64,000 nucleotides of DNA from an uncultured Clostridia bacterium. Its GTDB lineage: Bacteria > Bacillota > Clostridia > Christensenellales > UBA1242. The stretch is from positions 9,756 through 73,755 of the forward strand of contig CAKNRR010000001.1 of the NCBI GenBank assembly GCA_930990975.1, read 5' to 3'. Of the stretch, positions 39,588 to 50,112 are shown in pieces. The notes under the pieces are model-generated. The model saw only the letters and a list, made by a program, of their open reading frames with translations. It was not told the origin of the DNA and made no database searches. Position 1 is the stretch's first letter, and the number at the start of each line of letters is the position of its first letter. Position numbers and translations under genes: made by a program.

Positions 39588-42071
39588 ATGAAAGACTTTG
39601 AACAAGAGAAAATGGACTATGGCAATGAAGAAAATGAAGAAGAAATGATTGAAGAGAGTGCATCAGATTCATCAGGCAATGGCAATGATAAAGGCATCAT
39701 TTACAAAAGCATGAGTGAAGTGTTGCACGATTCAATGATTCCATATACAGAATGTGTTGTTATGGATAGAGCTTTGCCAAGAGTTGAAGATGGATTAAAG
39801 CCAGTTCAAAGAAGAATACTTTATTCTATGCTAGAGCTTGGTGTAACACCTGATAAACCATATAGAAAATCTGCAAGAATTGTAGGTGATTGCCTTGGTA
39901 AATATCATCCACATGGCGATAGCTCTGTTTATGATGCAATGTGTCGTATGGCACAAGATTGGGTTCTTCGAGCACCTTTAATTGACGGACATGGAAATTT
40001 TGGTTCTATTGATGGCGATAGCCCAGCTGCTATGCGTTACACTGAAACAAGAATGACACCTCTTGCAATGGAACTTATGAGAGATCTTGAAAAAGACACT
40101 GTAAGATGGAGCCTTAACTTCGATGATTCATTGAAAGAACCTGATATGTTCCCAGGAAGATTTCCAAATCTTCTTATAAATGGTGCGACAGGTATTGCTG
40201 TTGGTGTTGCAACAAATATTCCTCCTCATAATTTAGGCGAAACAATAGATGGTGTTGTTGCATATATAAACAACCCAAATATAAAAATTGATCAACTCAT
40301 TAAAATTATAAAAGGACCTGACTTTCCTTCAGGTGGCGAAATTATTGATGAAGACGGTGGACTTGAACAGGCATATAAAACAGGGAAAGGAAAGATTTTA
40401 ATAAGAGCCAAGGTTTCAGTTGAAAGAAGCGGTGATAAGAGCAGCTTGATTATCACAGAACTTCCTTATCAAGTAAATAAGGCTCAACTTTTGCAAAAAA
40501 TTGCAGAACTTAAAGAGCAAAATAAAGACAAACTCGCATCCATAACAGAAATTAGAGATGAATCTGATAGAAATGGAATGCGTGGTGTTATAAAATTGAA
40601 AAAGGATGCAGACCCTAAGAAGATACTTGAATACCTCTATAAAGCAACCAACTTGCAAATTTCATATGGAATCAATATGGTCGCAATTGCAGGTGGAAAA
40701 CCAAGACTTATGAATCTTCTTGAAATCATATCTTATTATGCAAATTATCAAAGAGAGATTATTGTAAGAAGAACCAAATACGATTTGAATGTTGCTCGTG
40801 AAAGAGCTCATATTGTAGAAGGCTTGCTTATCGCGATAAAAAATATTGATGAAGTTATCAAAATAATCAAAAAATCAGCTTCAGTAGGGGAAGCAAAGCA
40901 AAAATTAAGAGAAAAATTTAATTTATCAGAGAAACAGGCTCAGGCTATACTTGATATGCGACTTGCAAGACTTGTTCACTTGGAAGTCACAAAACTTCAA
41001 GAAGAGCTTGCTGCTCTTAAGCAAAAGATAGCAGAATATGAAGCTATACTTGCTTCAAAGAAATTGCAATATGATGTTGTAAAGAAAGAAATTCTTGAAA
41101 TTAAGAAAAACTACAACACTCCAAGACGCTCTGCCTTAGGCAATGATTCAACTGTGGTTATAGAAGAAACTAAAGACGAAGACGAGAGCGGTGGGAAAAA
41201 TTATATTGTTGCAATAACTGCTGGCAATACTATTAAAAAGGTGACATCTAAAAATTATTCAATGTCACAAAAATCGCTCACAGATAATTCAACAATCAAT
41301 GATATTCCTGTTCAAATTGAAAGCTTTACAGGTGGCGAAACAATTTTGATATTGACAAGCCAAGGCAATGCCATCAAGACAAAAGTTCAAGATTTGAAAG
41401 AATGCAAGTGGAGAGATAAAGGAGCATCCCTTCTTTCAATAGATAAAAATATTGTGTTGAACGAAGTTCCTGTCAAAATTATGAAAATGCCACAAGAAGG
41501 TTCAGTTCTCTTTATGACAAAATATGGAATGGTTAAAAAGAGCGATGTTAAAGACCTTAATGTAAATAAGAATTTCTATCAAGTTTGCAAGGTTAATGAT
41601 GGTGATGAAATCAAGAATATTGAAATTGATAAAAATGGCACAAGCATTTTGATGTTGACAAGAAAGGGTATGTCACTTAATTTTGATAAAGCTGATATTC
41701 CAACTCAGGGTCGTATTTCAGCTGGAGTAAAGGGCATAAATCTTGATGACGATGATAGTGTAATATTTGCAAAACAAGTTGATTTCCCTTATGTTGTGGT
41801 TGTGACGGATAATGGATTTATTAAAAAATTATCCACAACACAATTCCCATTATCACAAAGATATAGAAAGGGACTTAGATATATTAATTTCGCTAAGAAT
41901 TGTAAAAATGTATTCTTTGCCTGTGATGTTGAAGGAAATGCAACTTTAGCAGTAGATTTTGGCTTAAAGATTCTTCCAATGGATACAAAGAAAATTCCAG
42001 AGAGTGAACGCTTAACAACAGGGAACGAAATTATCAAAAAGAATTTCTTTACAATAAGCAAGATGGTTTAA
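39588..42071 (+). CDS. parC: type IIA topoisomerase subunit A, ParC-like
   Basis: Active-site AAMRYTE. It has [11 protein letters not shown] (Gln as in ParC/GrlA, where GyrA normally has His). I find no GyrA box (QRRGGKG) in the C-terminal domain. It carries a ~40-aa acidic N-terminal extension. Confidence 0.7.
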   Translation: MKDFEQEKMDYGNEENEEEMIEESASDSSGNGNDKGIIYKSMSEVLHDSMIPYTECVVMDRALPRVEDGLKPVQRRILYSMLELGVTPDKPYRKSARIVGDCLGKYHPHGDSSVYDAMCRMAQDWVLRAPLIDGHGNFGSIDGDSPAAMRYTETRMTPLAMELMRDLEKDTVRWSLNFDDSLKEPDMFPGRFPNLLINGATGIAVGVATNIPPHNLGETIDGVVAYINNPNIKIDQLIKIIKGPDFPSGGEIIDEDGGLEQAYKTGKGKILIRAKVSVERSGDKSSLIITELPYQVNKAQLLQKIAELKEQNKDKLASITEIRDESDRNGMRGVIKLKKDADPKKILEYLYKATNLQISYGINMVAIAGGKPRLMNLLEIISYYANYQREIIVRRTKYDLNVARERAHIVEGLLIAIKNIDEVIKIIKKSASVGEAKQKLREKFNLSEKQAQAILDMRLARLVHLEVTKLQEELAALKQKIAEYEAILASKKLQYDVVKKEILEIKKNYNTPRRSALGNDSTVVIEETKDEDESGGKNYIVAITAGNTIKKVTSKNYSMSQKSLTDNSTINDIPVQIESFTGGETILILTSQGNAIKTKVQDLKECKWRDKGASLLSIDKNIVLNEVPVKIMKMPQEGSVLFMTKYGMVKKSDVKDLNVNKNFYQVCKVNDGDEIKNIEIDKNGTSILMLTRKGMSLNFDKADIPTQGRISAGVKGINLDDDDSVIFAKQVDFPYVVVVTDNGFIKKLSTTQFPLSQRYRKGLRYINFAKNCKNVFFACDVEGNATLAVDFGLKILPMDTKKIPESERLTTGNEIIKKNFFTISKMV

Positions 42072-42088
42072 GGTTTGTTTAAATAATA

Positions 42089-42119
42089 AAAAAATAGCAC
42101 TTTTGGGGTGCTATTTTTT
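42089..42119. terminator. bidirectional terminator
   Basis: aaaaatagcac / gtgctattttt stem between convergent genes. Confidence 0.7.
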
Positions 42120-42121
42120 AT

Positions 42122-43333
42122 TTAAGATCGTTCAGCCTCTTCATTTATGGATAAAGATTTTTTTATTGCGTTTATATATTTACTTTTTACTTGTGATTTA
42201 AAATCTCTATAATCTTTTAAGTTGTTGCTCAAGTAAGGTTTATATTTTTTATATAATTCTAATTGCAATTTATATATTTCTTTTAATTCATCGCAATTTT
42301 TGCCAAGAATGACTTTTCCTGTCTTGGCGTCAAATTGATAAGCTAATAGATTTACAAACATCATATAATCTTCTGTGCTTTGTTTGAATAATTTTATATC
42401 AAAACCTAAACCTTGTTTAAAATTTAGTTTTAATCTTTCTTTATAAATTTTCAAAAAGAAAGTTTGAAGTTCAATTAACTTTTCAGCATTGTTATTATCG
42501 GCAATATCTATTAATGAGTCATTTAAATAAGTAGAAAATGATTTGCTATTTTGACCGGGGAAGGCATTTTTGAATTTTTGATTGAGTTTTTCTAAGTATG
42601 CTGTTGGATTTATGAAATAATTTTCTACAAAATCTTTTTCACCTAAGGCTTTTGGTATAAATTCAATAAGCGAAGAAATTGCAAAATTGCTTGATTCTGG
42701 ATTGTATCCGCATATGCTCTGATTTTTATAGGTTTCAAAATAGCATATTTTTTGCCCAGTTGCGTCAAGAGCAAGCTTTTCAGCCATAAGTTCTTCAAGT
42801 CGTGAACAATAGGTTGAAGCTTTAGAGTGTGAAAAAAATCCTCCATTATGTTGAGAGTAAACAAGGTCAATGCTTTTATCATCGCCAGCAGCATGATTAA
42901 ATTCGTGTATTATAATTTTGTCTGCGAGATTTTTTTTGAATTGTTTTAATGCTCCTTCATCTTTCAAAAGTTCGCGTATTTCAGGATTAAAAATATTTGA
43001 AATATTCCAATGTCTTGCTTGATTGTTTATCCTGTCAGGATTGAATGTTATGGCCTTAGAAGAGTGTTCATAAGCACCTTTTACATTTGTATTTTTGTCA
43101 ATAATGATTTTTTTGACATTGTTTATTATCCTGTTTAAATAAATTTCTCCAAGTGACAAATCTTTTTGATGTGAAAAAACTTTTAAAAATTCGCCATCAA
43201 CAATTTTATCTTTGCTTACTCTTTTGTAGTTTAAATCTAAATAATTTATGACTTTATATAAATCATCTATGATCCTTTGAGAAGGGAAAAAATTGTTTGC
43301 TGAAAGGATTTGTCTTAGTTTTTCTTTTTCCAT
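42122..43333 (-). CDS. hypothetical HExxH zinc-metallopeptidase-like protein
   Basis: H143-E-F-N-H147 (nt 42893..42907 on the minus strand) with a downstream LEELMAE. No signal peptide. Very low GC. Confidence 0.55.
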   Translation of the reverse strand: MEKEKLRQILSANNFFPSQRIIDDLYKVINYLDLNYKRVSKDKIVDGEFLKVFSHQKDLSLGEIYLNRIINNVKKIIIDKNTNVKGAYEHSSKAITFNPDRINNQARHWNISNIFNPEIRELLKDEGALKQFKKNLADKIIIHEFNHAAGDDKSIDLVYSQHNGGFFSHSKASTYCSRLEELMAEKLALDATGQKICYFETYKNQSICGYNPESSNFAISSLIEFIPKALGEKDFVENYFINPTAYLEKLNQKFKNAFPGQNSKSFSTYLNDSLIDIADNNNAEKLIELQTFFLKIYKERLKLNFKQGLGFDIKLFKQSTEDYMMFVNLLAYQFDAKTGKVILGKNCDELKEIYKLQLELYKKYKPYLSNNLKDYRDFKSQVKSKYINAIKKSLSINEEAERS

Positions 43334-43419
43334 AATTTCTCCTAATTTTGACTGCTTTTCATATTAAATTGAGTGTTTCTGTAAATAAGCTAAAAAATTT
43401 AGTTTTTTTGTTTTGATAT

Positions 43420-45087
43420 TTATAGCTCTCTTTCTTCATCAAAGTTTTCGTTTTCAGATTCAATTCCAAGTTTCTCTTTACGGAATTTTTCTCTGCTGTC
43501 TAATGAAGAGTTTACAAAATTTTCAATTTCTTTTTCATCGGTTATTCCATTTATTTTAGCCACGGCTTTAAGACCATTTTTAAGTAGTTGTGTAGGCACG
43601 ACAAGACCACGATTGAAACGCTCGTATTTTGCTTTTAATTCATCATTGTGGTTTTTAATTATTTCTGATAGTTTTTTTTCATGTATAGTTCGATAACTTT
43701 TATATTTAAATTTGTTGCGTACATATTTTCCAACAATAATATCTTTTAGGGGAGACATAATATTCAAATTAATCTCTTTTGCTCTTTTTTCAAGTTGATC
43801 AAAGATTTCTTGATTATTGCATTTGAATTCTTTGAATCTTTTTAGAATATCATAGTCAATATTATTGATGTCAATATTATCTAAATAGTCTTGAAATTCT
43901 TTAAGCTCTGGATATTGTTGTAATATTGTTTCAGGGTAAAATGATGGAACTTTTAGTTCAGCTAAATCATTTAAATTGTGATTTTTAAGAGAAGAAATCA
44001 ACCTTTGTTCACAGCCAGCTTTAAACTTTTCCCTTTCTTGATTATATTTTTCTTCATCAGCTTCAATTTTTTTCTTTAAATCATAGTCTTTTATTATACT
44101 TTCTAAATTCTTCATGTTGAAAATATCACACAGAAAATTATCAGCTGTTTTAACGCTGCTAGGAATAAAATTAATTGAATTGTATTTATATTCATGTTTT
44201 TTATCAATATAAATTTTGTTATTATCATAGAAAATTGGACTTTCAAACATATAATTTGTGTTTTCACCATGTAATTTATAAGAAAATATGTCATTTGGAT
44301 TTAGCATAAAGAAATTAATGGTTGGCAAAGCATTATTACCTTTTTTGCAATCCCAACAGCTATCGTTGTATGTTATATGGTTGATGTTATAAAGAGGGTC
44401 TTTTATATAAACAATATTGTTTGCATGCCCACCAAGCCACTCTTTATTTTCATCTTTGTATACACTAAGCCCTTGATCGAAACAAACAAGCTCATCCTTT
44501 TTGAAAGTACGGTCGCATAGCATTTTCAAAAGAGAGGCAAACCCAGAACAAATTACATGATTAGATGCCAAAACTCCAATCCAATTTCTCATATCATCAT
44601 CAGCAAAATTTTCATTTTCATTATAAACCCGATTTGCTGCAAAGTTATAAACAACTACAAATTTTTCTGCAACAGATAGTTTTCTTTCTTTGCCATTTTG
44701 GTCTTTGATTGTCATGTTGTTAACTTTATCTACAAATTCATCAATAATGTTTTTGGCTATAGTAAAGTTTTTATAGTTGCCAATTCCGTTTTTTAACAAA
44801 AGAACGCAGTCGACACCATTTTCTTCGCAAACTTGATTATAATTTTTTATTTGGGCTAACTCTTGTTCGTCATCAATATAATCTTTTTTGAGATACAAAA
44901 GGATTTTTTCTATTTTTATATTTGTGTTCTTAAGTTTTTCTTTCAGTTTGTCAATTTTGCTTGAACTTGAAAGTTCATATGTAAAAACACGCAAAGAACA
45001 TGGTTTATTTTTCGCGATGATTTTATCCAATGTTAAATCATATAAATAGTTTATTTTTTCATTATCTAAATCATAATTATAGATCAT
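43420..45087 (-). CDS. hypothetical transglutaminase-like (papain-fold Cys-His-Asp) protein
   Basis: C180 (HVICSGFASLL), H221 (WLGGHANNIVY) and D242 (YNDSCWD), with spacing typical of the transglutaminase core. No signal peptide. Very low GC. Confidence 0.5.
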   Translation of the reverse strand: MIYNYDLDNEKINYLYDLTLDKIIAKNKPCSLRVFTYELSSSSKIDKLKEKLKNTNIKIEKILLYLKKDYIDDEQELAQIKNYNQVCEENGVDCVLLLKNGIGNYKNFTIAKNIIDEFVDKVNNMTIKDQNGKERKLSVAEKFVVVYNFAANRVYNENENFADDDMRNWIGVLASNHVICSGFASLLKMLCDRTFKKDELVCFDQGLSVYKDENKEWLGGHANNIVYIKDPLYNINHITYNDSCWDCKKGNNALPTINFFMLNPNDIFSYKLHGENTNYMFESPIFYDNNKIYIDKKHEYKYNSINFIPSSVKTADNFLCDIFNMKNLESIIKDYDLKKKIEADEEKYNQEREKFKAGCEQRLISSLKNHNLNDLAELKVPSFYPETILQQYPELKEFQDYLDNIDINNIDYDILKRFKEFKCNNQEIFDQLEKRAKEINLNIMSPLKDIIVGKYVRNKFKYKSYRTIHEKKLSEIIKNHNDELKAKYERFNRGLVVPTQLLKNGLKAVAKINGITDEKEIENFVNSSLDSREKFRKEKLGIESENENFDEEREL

Positions 45088-45292
45088 ATCAGCCTCTAAT
45101 TAATTATAGTTAAGATAAGTAAAAAAGTCAATAAATAAAATTCTTGAAAAAGTCATATAAAAAAATAAACTACATAAATATATCTTGTAATGGGAAAAAA
45201 TTCGACATTATTCAACTACTTTTATTTGTAATCAACATTTTTCTCATTGCTAATTTTTTAATAATATTTTATCATTAAAAGCGAGGTTTGTA

Positions 45293-46057
45293 ATGCCATT
45301 TTGCGTAATCAAATCAAGAACCATCAAAATCTTTTTAGCCATGCTTGCCGTAGTTATTTTGCTGTGTATATCCTTTGAAGGGGGCGCGTGTGCACAGGTG
45401 TGGTTTGGCAATTCATCAAGACTTGTTCCTATTTATAGAGTAGACACCGAAGAGAAACAGGTTGCAATATCTTTTGATGCGGCATGGGGAGCGGACAAAA
45501 CACAACAAATTTTAGATGTACTAAAAGAATATGAAGTGACTGCAACATTTTTCTTAGTCGGCTTTTGGGTTGATAAGTATCCAGATATGGTGAAAGCAAT
45601 CGACGAAGCTGGGATGGAAATAGGCACGCACTCAAACACACATCCAGACATGGTAAAATTAGATAAGTCGACAATATTAAGTGAGCTTGAAACTTCAATA
45701 TCCAAAATAAAGGACATAACAGGCAAAGAAGTCACAGTTTTTAGAGCTCCTTATGGTTCATATAACAACACTTTATTAAAGACAACGGAAGAGTTGGGAC
45801 TAAAAACAATACAATGGGATGTCGATTCACTTGACTGGAAAGGATTATCAGCAGCTCAGGTTACTGACAGAGTGATGAAAAATACTCAAAATGGTTCAAT
45901 TATACTCATGCACAACAATGCTGACAATGTTGTTGAATCGCTGAGATTGACACTTGATTGGCTTAAGATGAAAGGGTATAAAATCACCAGTGTTGGAGAA
46001 CTTGTATATGGCGAAGATTATACAATAGATTCAAATGGCGTACAGCACAAGAAATAA
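45293..46057 (+). CDS. polysaccharide deacetylase (NodB homology domain, PdaA/PdaB-like)
   Basis: N-terminal TM or signal. It has ISFDAAWG, TFFLVG, HSNTHPDM, FRAPYG and IILMH motifs. Confidence 0.85.
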   Translation: MPFCVIKSRTIKIFLAMLAVVILLCISFEGGACAQVWFGNSSRLVPIYRVDTEEKQVAISFDAAWGADKTQQILDVLKEYEVTATFFLVGFWVDKYPDMVKAIDEAGMEIGTHSNTHPDMVKLDKSTILSELETSISKIKDITGKEVTVFRAPYGSYNNTLLKTTEELGLKTIQWDVDSLDWKGLSAAQVTDRVMKNTQNGSIILMHNNADNVVESLRLTLDWLKMKGYKITSVGELVYGEDYTIDSNGVQHKK

Positions 46058-46068
46058 AAGGAGAAAAT

Positions 46069-46746
46069 ATGAATAATACGACAGCAATAGCAACACCAAA
46101 TAACAAAGGACAAATCGTGGGAAAACTTATAGATGGGGCAGAGAATGTCTTTGAGGTCGAGGGCGAAAAATTTTACGAAGGAAAAATTGCGGTCGAAAGA
46201 TTATCAAATGCAGTTGATTTGTTGCCAATAACCATATCAGAAAAATTGATAAAAGCAAGCAAGATTAAATTTGAAAAGGGAACTTTTCTTGCTTTAGGTG
46301 GCGAACTGCGAAGCTATAACAGACAAATTGATGGGAAAAGTAGACTTATTTTATCATTTTTTGTAAAAGAAGTTTTGGATAGTCAAGATGTTGAGGAGGA
46401 TTGCACCAACAACTTAACATTGACTGGATATATTTGCAAAGAACCCAATTATAGAGTGACTCCTTTTAATAGGCAAATTTGCGACATACTTGTTGCAGTC
46501 AATAGACCAAATTTTAATAAGTCAGACTATATTCCTTGCATTCTCTGGGGAAGAAATGCAAAACTTATGCAAAGCCAAAAGATTGGAACGAAGATAACTT
46601 TGCAAGGTCGAATTCAATCAAGGAATTATAGAAAAGAGATAAAAGAAGGGATATTTGAAGAAAAGACAGCCTATGAAGTTTCTTGTCAAAAATTGTTGAT
46701 AGAAGAAAAAGAAGATGCTGTGACGACAGACGAAGTGAGGGCATAG
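46069..46746 (+). CDS. SSB-like protein with two OB folds
   Basis: The second half matches the SSB pattern (LTGYICKEPNYRVTP...ILVAVNR...DYIPCILWGRNA...LQGRIQSRNY). The first half is a more divergent copy (LPITISEKL...LGGELRSYN). No acidic C-terminal tip of the DDDIPF type is present. Confidence 0.6.
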   Translation: MNNTTAIATPNNKGQIVGKLIDGAENVFEVEGEKFYEGKIAVERLSNAVDLLPITISEKLIKASKIKFEKGTFLALGGELRSYNRQIDGKSRLILSFFVKEVLDSQDVEEDCTNNLTLTGYICKEPNYRVTPFNRQICDILVAVNRPNFNKSDYIPCILWGRNAKLMQSQKIGTKITLQGRIQSRNYRKEIKEGIFEEKTAYEVSCQKLLIEEKEDAVTTDEVRA

Positions 46747-46912
46747 TACAAAACAAAGTTTGTAAAAAGAATCAATGATATAATTTATAAAAAAGGACAT
46801 AATTTATAAATTTTGATTTTTTATTGTTTAAAGAGCATAAATGCTCTTTTTTTTGTTGTTGACATTTCTCTTTGCGCATGTTAAAATAAAATGTCAAAAA
46901 AAGGGGGATAAT

Positions 46913-48826
46913 GTGGGTAAAAAGAAAGAAAAAAATAAAAAAGAATTAAATAATGATGAAAATACTGAAAATTTAGATAATATAAAAGAAAAAAATGATA
47001 AAAAAACAAAAAAGAATAAGATGTCAAGAAAAGAATTGAAAGCTTATAGAAAAGAAAATAATATACCTACATTATGGACTTATTTAAAAGATTACAAATT
47101 TGCAATATTTAGTTATATTTTAATTACGGCAATTTCAATTGGAGCAGGGGTTTATACAACAATTTTGGCTGCTGATGCACTCGCTGATGTGACTGAAGGG
47201 TTTTATCGAAATTCAATTATAAAATTTGCAATAATGACAGGACTGATGATATTTTCAAGAATACTTAACTATTTGCTGAACTTGATCTATTTTAAGTATT
47301 CAACAAAGATTGTATCAAGAATGAATAATGATTTATCTTATCAGGCATTCAAGTTTAGTGCAACCACATATGCGAATAATTCTACTGGGACTTTTGTATT
47401 GAGGATTGTAGATGATCCTAATAGAATTATTGCCCAAATAACATCGGTTGTAGATATAATTGGGAATATAATTGCAAGCGTTATAATAACAATTTATATC
47501 CTTACTTTGAATTACATGGTAGGATTATCTCTAGTTGCATGTGCAATAATATGTTATTTTATCGAAAGTTATAGGATTAAACTTAGAAAGAAGAACAGAA
47601 GAATATCAAACAAAAAGCGCGACAAAATCAATTCTTTAACAACTGAAATTGTAAAAAGCGAAAGAGATATTAAATCTTTAGGACTTGAAAACAAATTAAA
47701 AACAATTTCAAAAGAATATTATGATGATTACAACAGTTTTAATTATAAAATGTCAATGCAAAACACTTCGCTCGTAACAACACGCGCAGTTATAACATTT
47801 ATTTTTTCATTTATTGCTTTATTGCTCGGAATAATATTACTTGAAAAATCATTGCTTGTTTTGGCATCATTTATGGTTATTTATTCCAATAGATCAAGCA
47901 TTATTAATGTAATTTCATTTGCGGGGAATTTATTTGATATTATAAGTGATGTAAAGGTTTACGGAAAGAGGGTTTTTGAACTATTTGATAAAAATGTATT
48001 TCCTGTTGAAACATTTGGGGCTGTTGACTTGCAAGATGTTAAAGGGGAAATTGAATTTAAAAATGTTAGTTATGCTTATGAAGATAAATTGAAAAACAAG
48101 GATGATTTGAATAAAGAAGATGAAGATAGTGAGGTTGTAAAAAGAGATAAAGTTCTTGAAAACTTATCTTTCAAAATAGAGCCAAACACAACAGTTGCTT
48201 TTGTTGGAAAATCTGGAAGTGGCAAATCTACAATTTTGAGTTTGATGTCAAAAATGTATTCAGTTGACGAAGGCGAAGTTCTTATAGATGGCATAAATAT
48301 AAATGACTTAAGTAAAGAGTGCTTAAGAAACAATATTTCTCTTGTAAACCAATTTCCATACATATTTGATATGACAATATATGAAAATCTTTTGATGGCG
48401 AAAGGAGATGCGACAGAGCAGGAGGTGAACGAGGCTATTGAAAAGTCATATTTAAAAGAGTTTATTGATGGCTTGGCTGATGGAATAAATACAGTCGTTG
48501 GAGAAAGCGGAATAAAGCTATCTGGTGGGCAAAGACAGCGACTAGCCATTGCAAGAGCGCTTTTAAGAAAATCAAGGATTATAATTTTTGACGAAAGCAC
48601 AAGCTCACTTGACAATGTTGCACAAGAATATGTGAAGAAAAGTATAGACAATTTGAAAGGGAGCAGCACAATAGTCATAGTGGCTCATAGATTGTCTACT
48701 ATAAAAAATGTTGATAAAATCTTCTTCTTAGAGGATGGCAAAATTACAGATAGCGGAACATTTAAAGAACTGTTTGATAATAATGAACATTTCCATCACA
48801 TGTTCTTAGCGGAAGAAATTGAATAA
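46913..48826 (+). CDS. ABC transporter, fused permease/ATP-binding exporter (MsbA/bacteriocin-exporter type)
   Basis: GTG start after RBS AAGGGGGA. Lys-rich N-terminal tail and 6 TM segments. Motifs are GKSGSGKST, LSGGQRQR and IIIFDESTS. Confidence 0.88.
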   Translation: MGKKKEKNKKELNNDENTENLDNIKEKNDKKTKKNKMSRKELKAYRKENNIPTLWTYLKDYKFAIFSYILITAISIGAGVYTTILAADALADVTEGFYRNSIIKFAIMTGLMIFSRILNYLLNLIYFKYSTKIVSRMNNDLSYQAFKFSATTYANNSTGTFVLRIVDDPNRIIAQITSVVDIIGNIIASVIITIYILTLNYMVGLSLVACAIICYFIESYRIKLRKKNRRISNKKRDKINSLTTEIVKSERDIKSLGLENKLKTISKEYYDDYNSFNYKMSMQNTSLVTTRAVITFIFSFIALLLGIILLEKSLLVLASFMVIYSNRSSIINVISFAGNLFDIISDVKVYGKRVFELFDKNVFPVETFGAVDLQDVKGEIEFKNVSYAYEDKLKNKDDLNKEDEDSEVVKRDKVLENLSFKIEPNTTVAFVGKSGSGKSTILSLMSKMYSVDEGEVLIDGININDLSKECLRNNISLVNQFPYIFDMTIYENLLMAKGDATEQEVNEAIEKSYLKEFIDGLADGINTVVGESGIKLSGGQRQRLAIARALLRKSRIIIFDESTSSLDNVAQEYVKKSIDNLKGSSTIVIVAHRLSTIKNVDKIFFLEDGKITDSGTFKELFDNNEHFHHMFLAEEIE

Positions 48827-48872
48827 AAAATATTAAGAAAGCTAAATATTTCAACAAAAAAACACAATACTA

Positions 48873-49064
48873 TTATTGTGTTTTTTTGTTATAGATATCA
48901 TGTTTAGAATTATTGCTTGAATTATCCGCAATATTTTCTTCGACAACGACTTTAAATTTTTTGCCGTCAATCAATTGAATTGTGAAAATATTCCCATTTT
49001 GAGTAATTTTTGCATTTAAGTCTTCTTCAAGTGTTAAAGCTAAAATATCTATAATATCGTTCAT
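48873..49064 (-). CDS. small hypothetical protein
   Basis: 63 aa with a good RBS (AAAGGAGAAC). The 3' end runs into the terminator hairpin at 48855..48888. Confidence 0.4.
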   Translation of the reverse strand: MNDIIDILALTLEEDLNAKITQNGNIFTIQLIDGKKFKVVVEENIADNSSNNSKHDIYNKKTQ

Positions 49065-49219
49065 AATGTTCTCCTTTGTTTTTAAATTTTTATACTAGCG
49101 GTAGAAAGTCTACGCAAGTATTATACCTTATTTTTTATTACAATTAAAGAGAATTATTTGACTTGTTTTGTCGGTTGATAAGCTTTTTTGTCGAATATTT
49201 TTTATTAAATGGGGAATGA

Positions 49220-49657
49220 ATGAGCTTTAGTGAAATTTTGAATGATTTAATCATAGATAATGGCTTAACAAAAAGACAAGTTGCTATTAAATGCAAGATT
49301 ACGACTTCGCAAATGACCTCGTTTTTGAGAGGGGCAATACCAAGCATAGAAACAGCAGTGAGAATAGCAAACTATTTTTCATGCTCTTTAAACTATTTGA
49401 TGGGAATTGATGAATATAAAGACCAAACAAAGATTACAAATGAGGAATATGATTTAGAAAATTTTTTTGATAGATATAATAGGGTGTTGGAGCTAAATAA
49501 AATAAGCCATTGGAGGCTTTGCCAAAACTTGGAGATAAGCGAGTCTAACATAAGAGGTTGGAAGAGAGGCGCAGTTCCAAAACTTGATACTCTTGCAAAA
49601 ATATCATCTTACCTTAATTGCTCAATTGATTATTTGCTTGGAAGAGCAAAAAATTAA
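49220..49657 (+). CDS. XRE-family regulator with two HTH_3 domains
   Basis: Two copies of the LT/ISxxxxAxxxxISxSxISxWxRG-type HTH (GLTKRQVAIKCKITTSQMTSFLRG and ISHWRLCQNLEISESNIRGWKRG). Confidence 0.8.
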   Translation: MSFSEILNDLIIDNGLTKRQVAIKCKITTSQMTSFLRGAIPSIETAVRIANYFSCSLNYLMGIDEYKDQTKITNEEYDLENFFDRYNRVLELNKISHWRLCQNLEISESNIRGWKRGAVPKLDTLAKISSYLNCSIDYLLGRAKN

Positions 49658-49676
49658 GCGAAGTGAAAGCTTATTT

Positions 49677-50042
49677 TCAAATTGAGTGTTCTTCAATTTG
49701 TTTTTCAATCCAAGCCATAATAAGACCAACAATAAAATTGATTTCTTTTTCATTTAGTGTTTTATTCATAGAAATTTTGTGCCATTTAAATAGGCAGTTT
49801 CGACAGCAGGTTGCCGTGGCATGTTGTGCTATGAAAACAGGGTGACCTTTCATAGGTGTTTGCTTTCCATCATTGATTGGATTTGCTGGAGCTAGGCGCT
49901 TAGATATAAAGTCATAAGCATGGACTTTGATTGTGTCAAAACCCTTTTTATTGATATAATCAATGTCGTTTTCTTTTAATATAAACTTGCTTCTAAATTT
50001 AGAAGATTTTAATTTTAATAAGATTTCGCTGTAATCGTTCAT
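49677..50042 (-). CDS. DUF4186-like protein
   Basis: GHPVFIAQHATATCCRNCLFKWH motif, as I remember for DUF4186. Confidence 0.65.
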   Translation of the reverse strand: MNDYSEILLKLKSSKFRSKFILKENDIDYINKKGFDTIKVHAYDFISKRLAPANPINDGKQTPMKGHPVFIAQHATATCCRNCLFKWHKISMNKTLNEKEINFIVGLIMAWIEKQIEEHSI

Positions 50043-50076
50043 GTTTTCATTTTATCATAATTCGACATTAATTAAT

Positions 50077-50106
50077 AAAAAAATCACGAAATTTCGTGAT
50101 TTTTTA
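50077..50106 (-). terminator. terminator downstream of the M60 peptidase gene
   Basis: aaaaaatcacgaaa / tttcgtgatttttt palindrome flanked by A and T runs. Confidence 0.7.
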
Positions 50107-50112
50107 TGCTTT

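Noticed and set aside
37362-42071. Annotating the pair as gyrB/gyrA.
   Set aside because: The A subunit has KPVQRRIL and lacks a GyrA box, and the locus is not near dnaA/dnaN/recF. ParE/ParC is more likely, though this needs a phylogeny.
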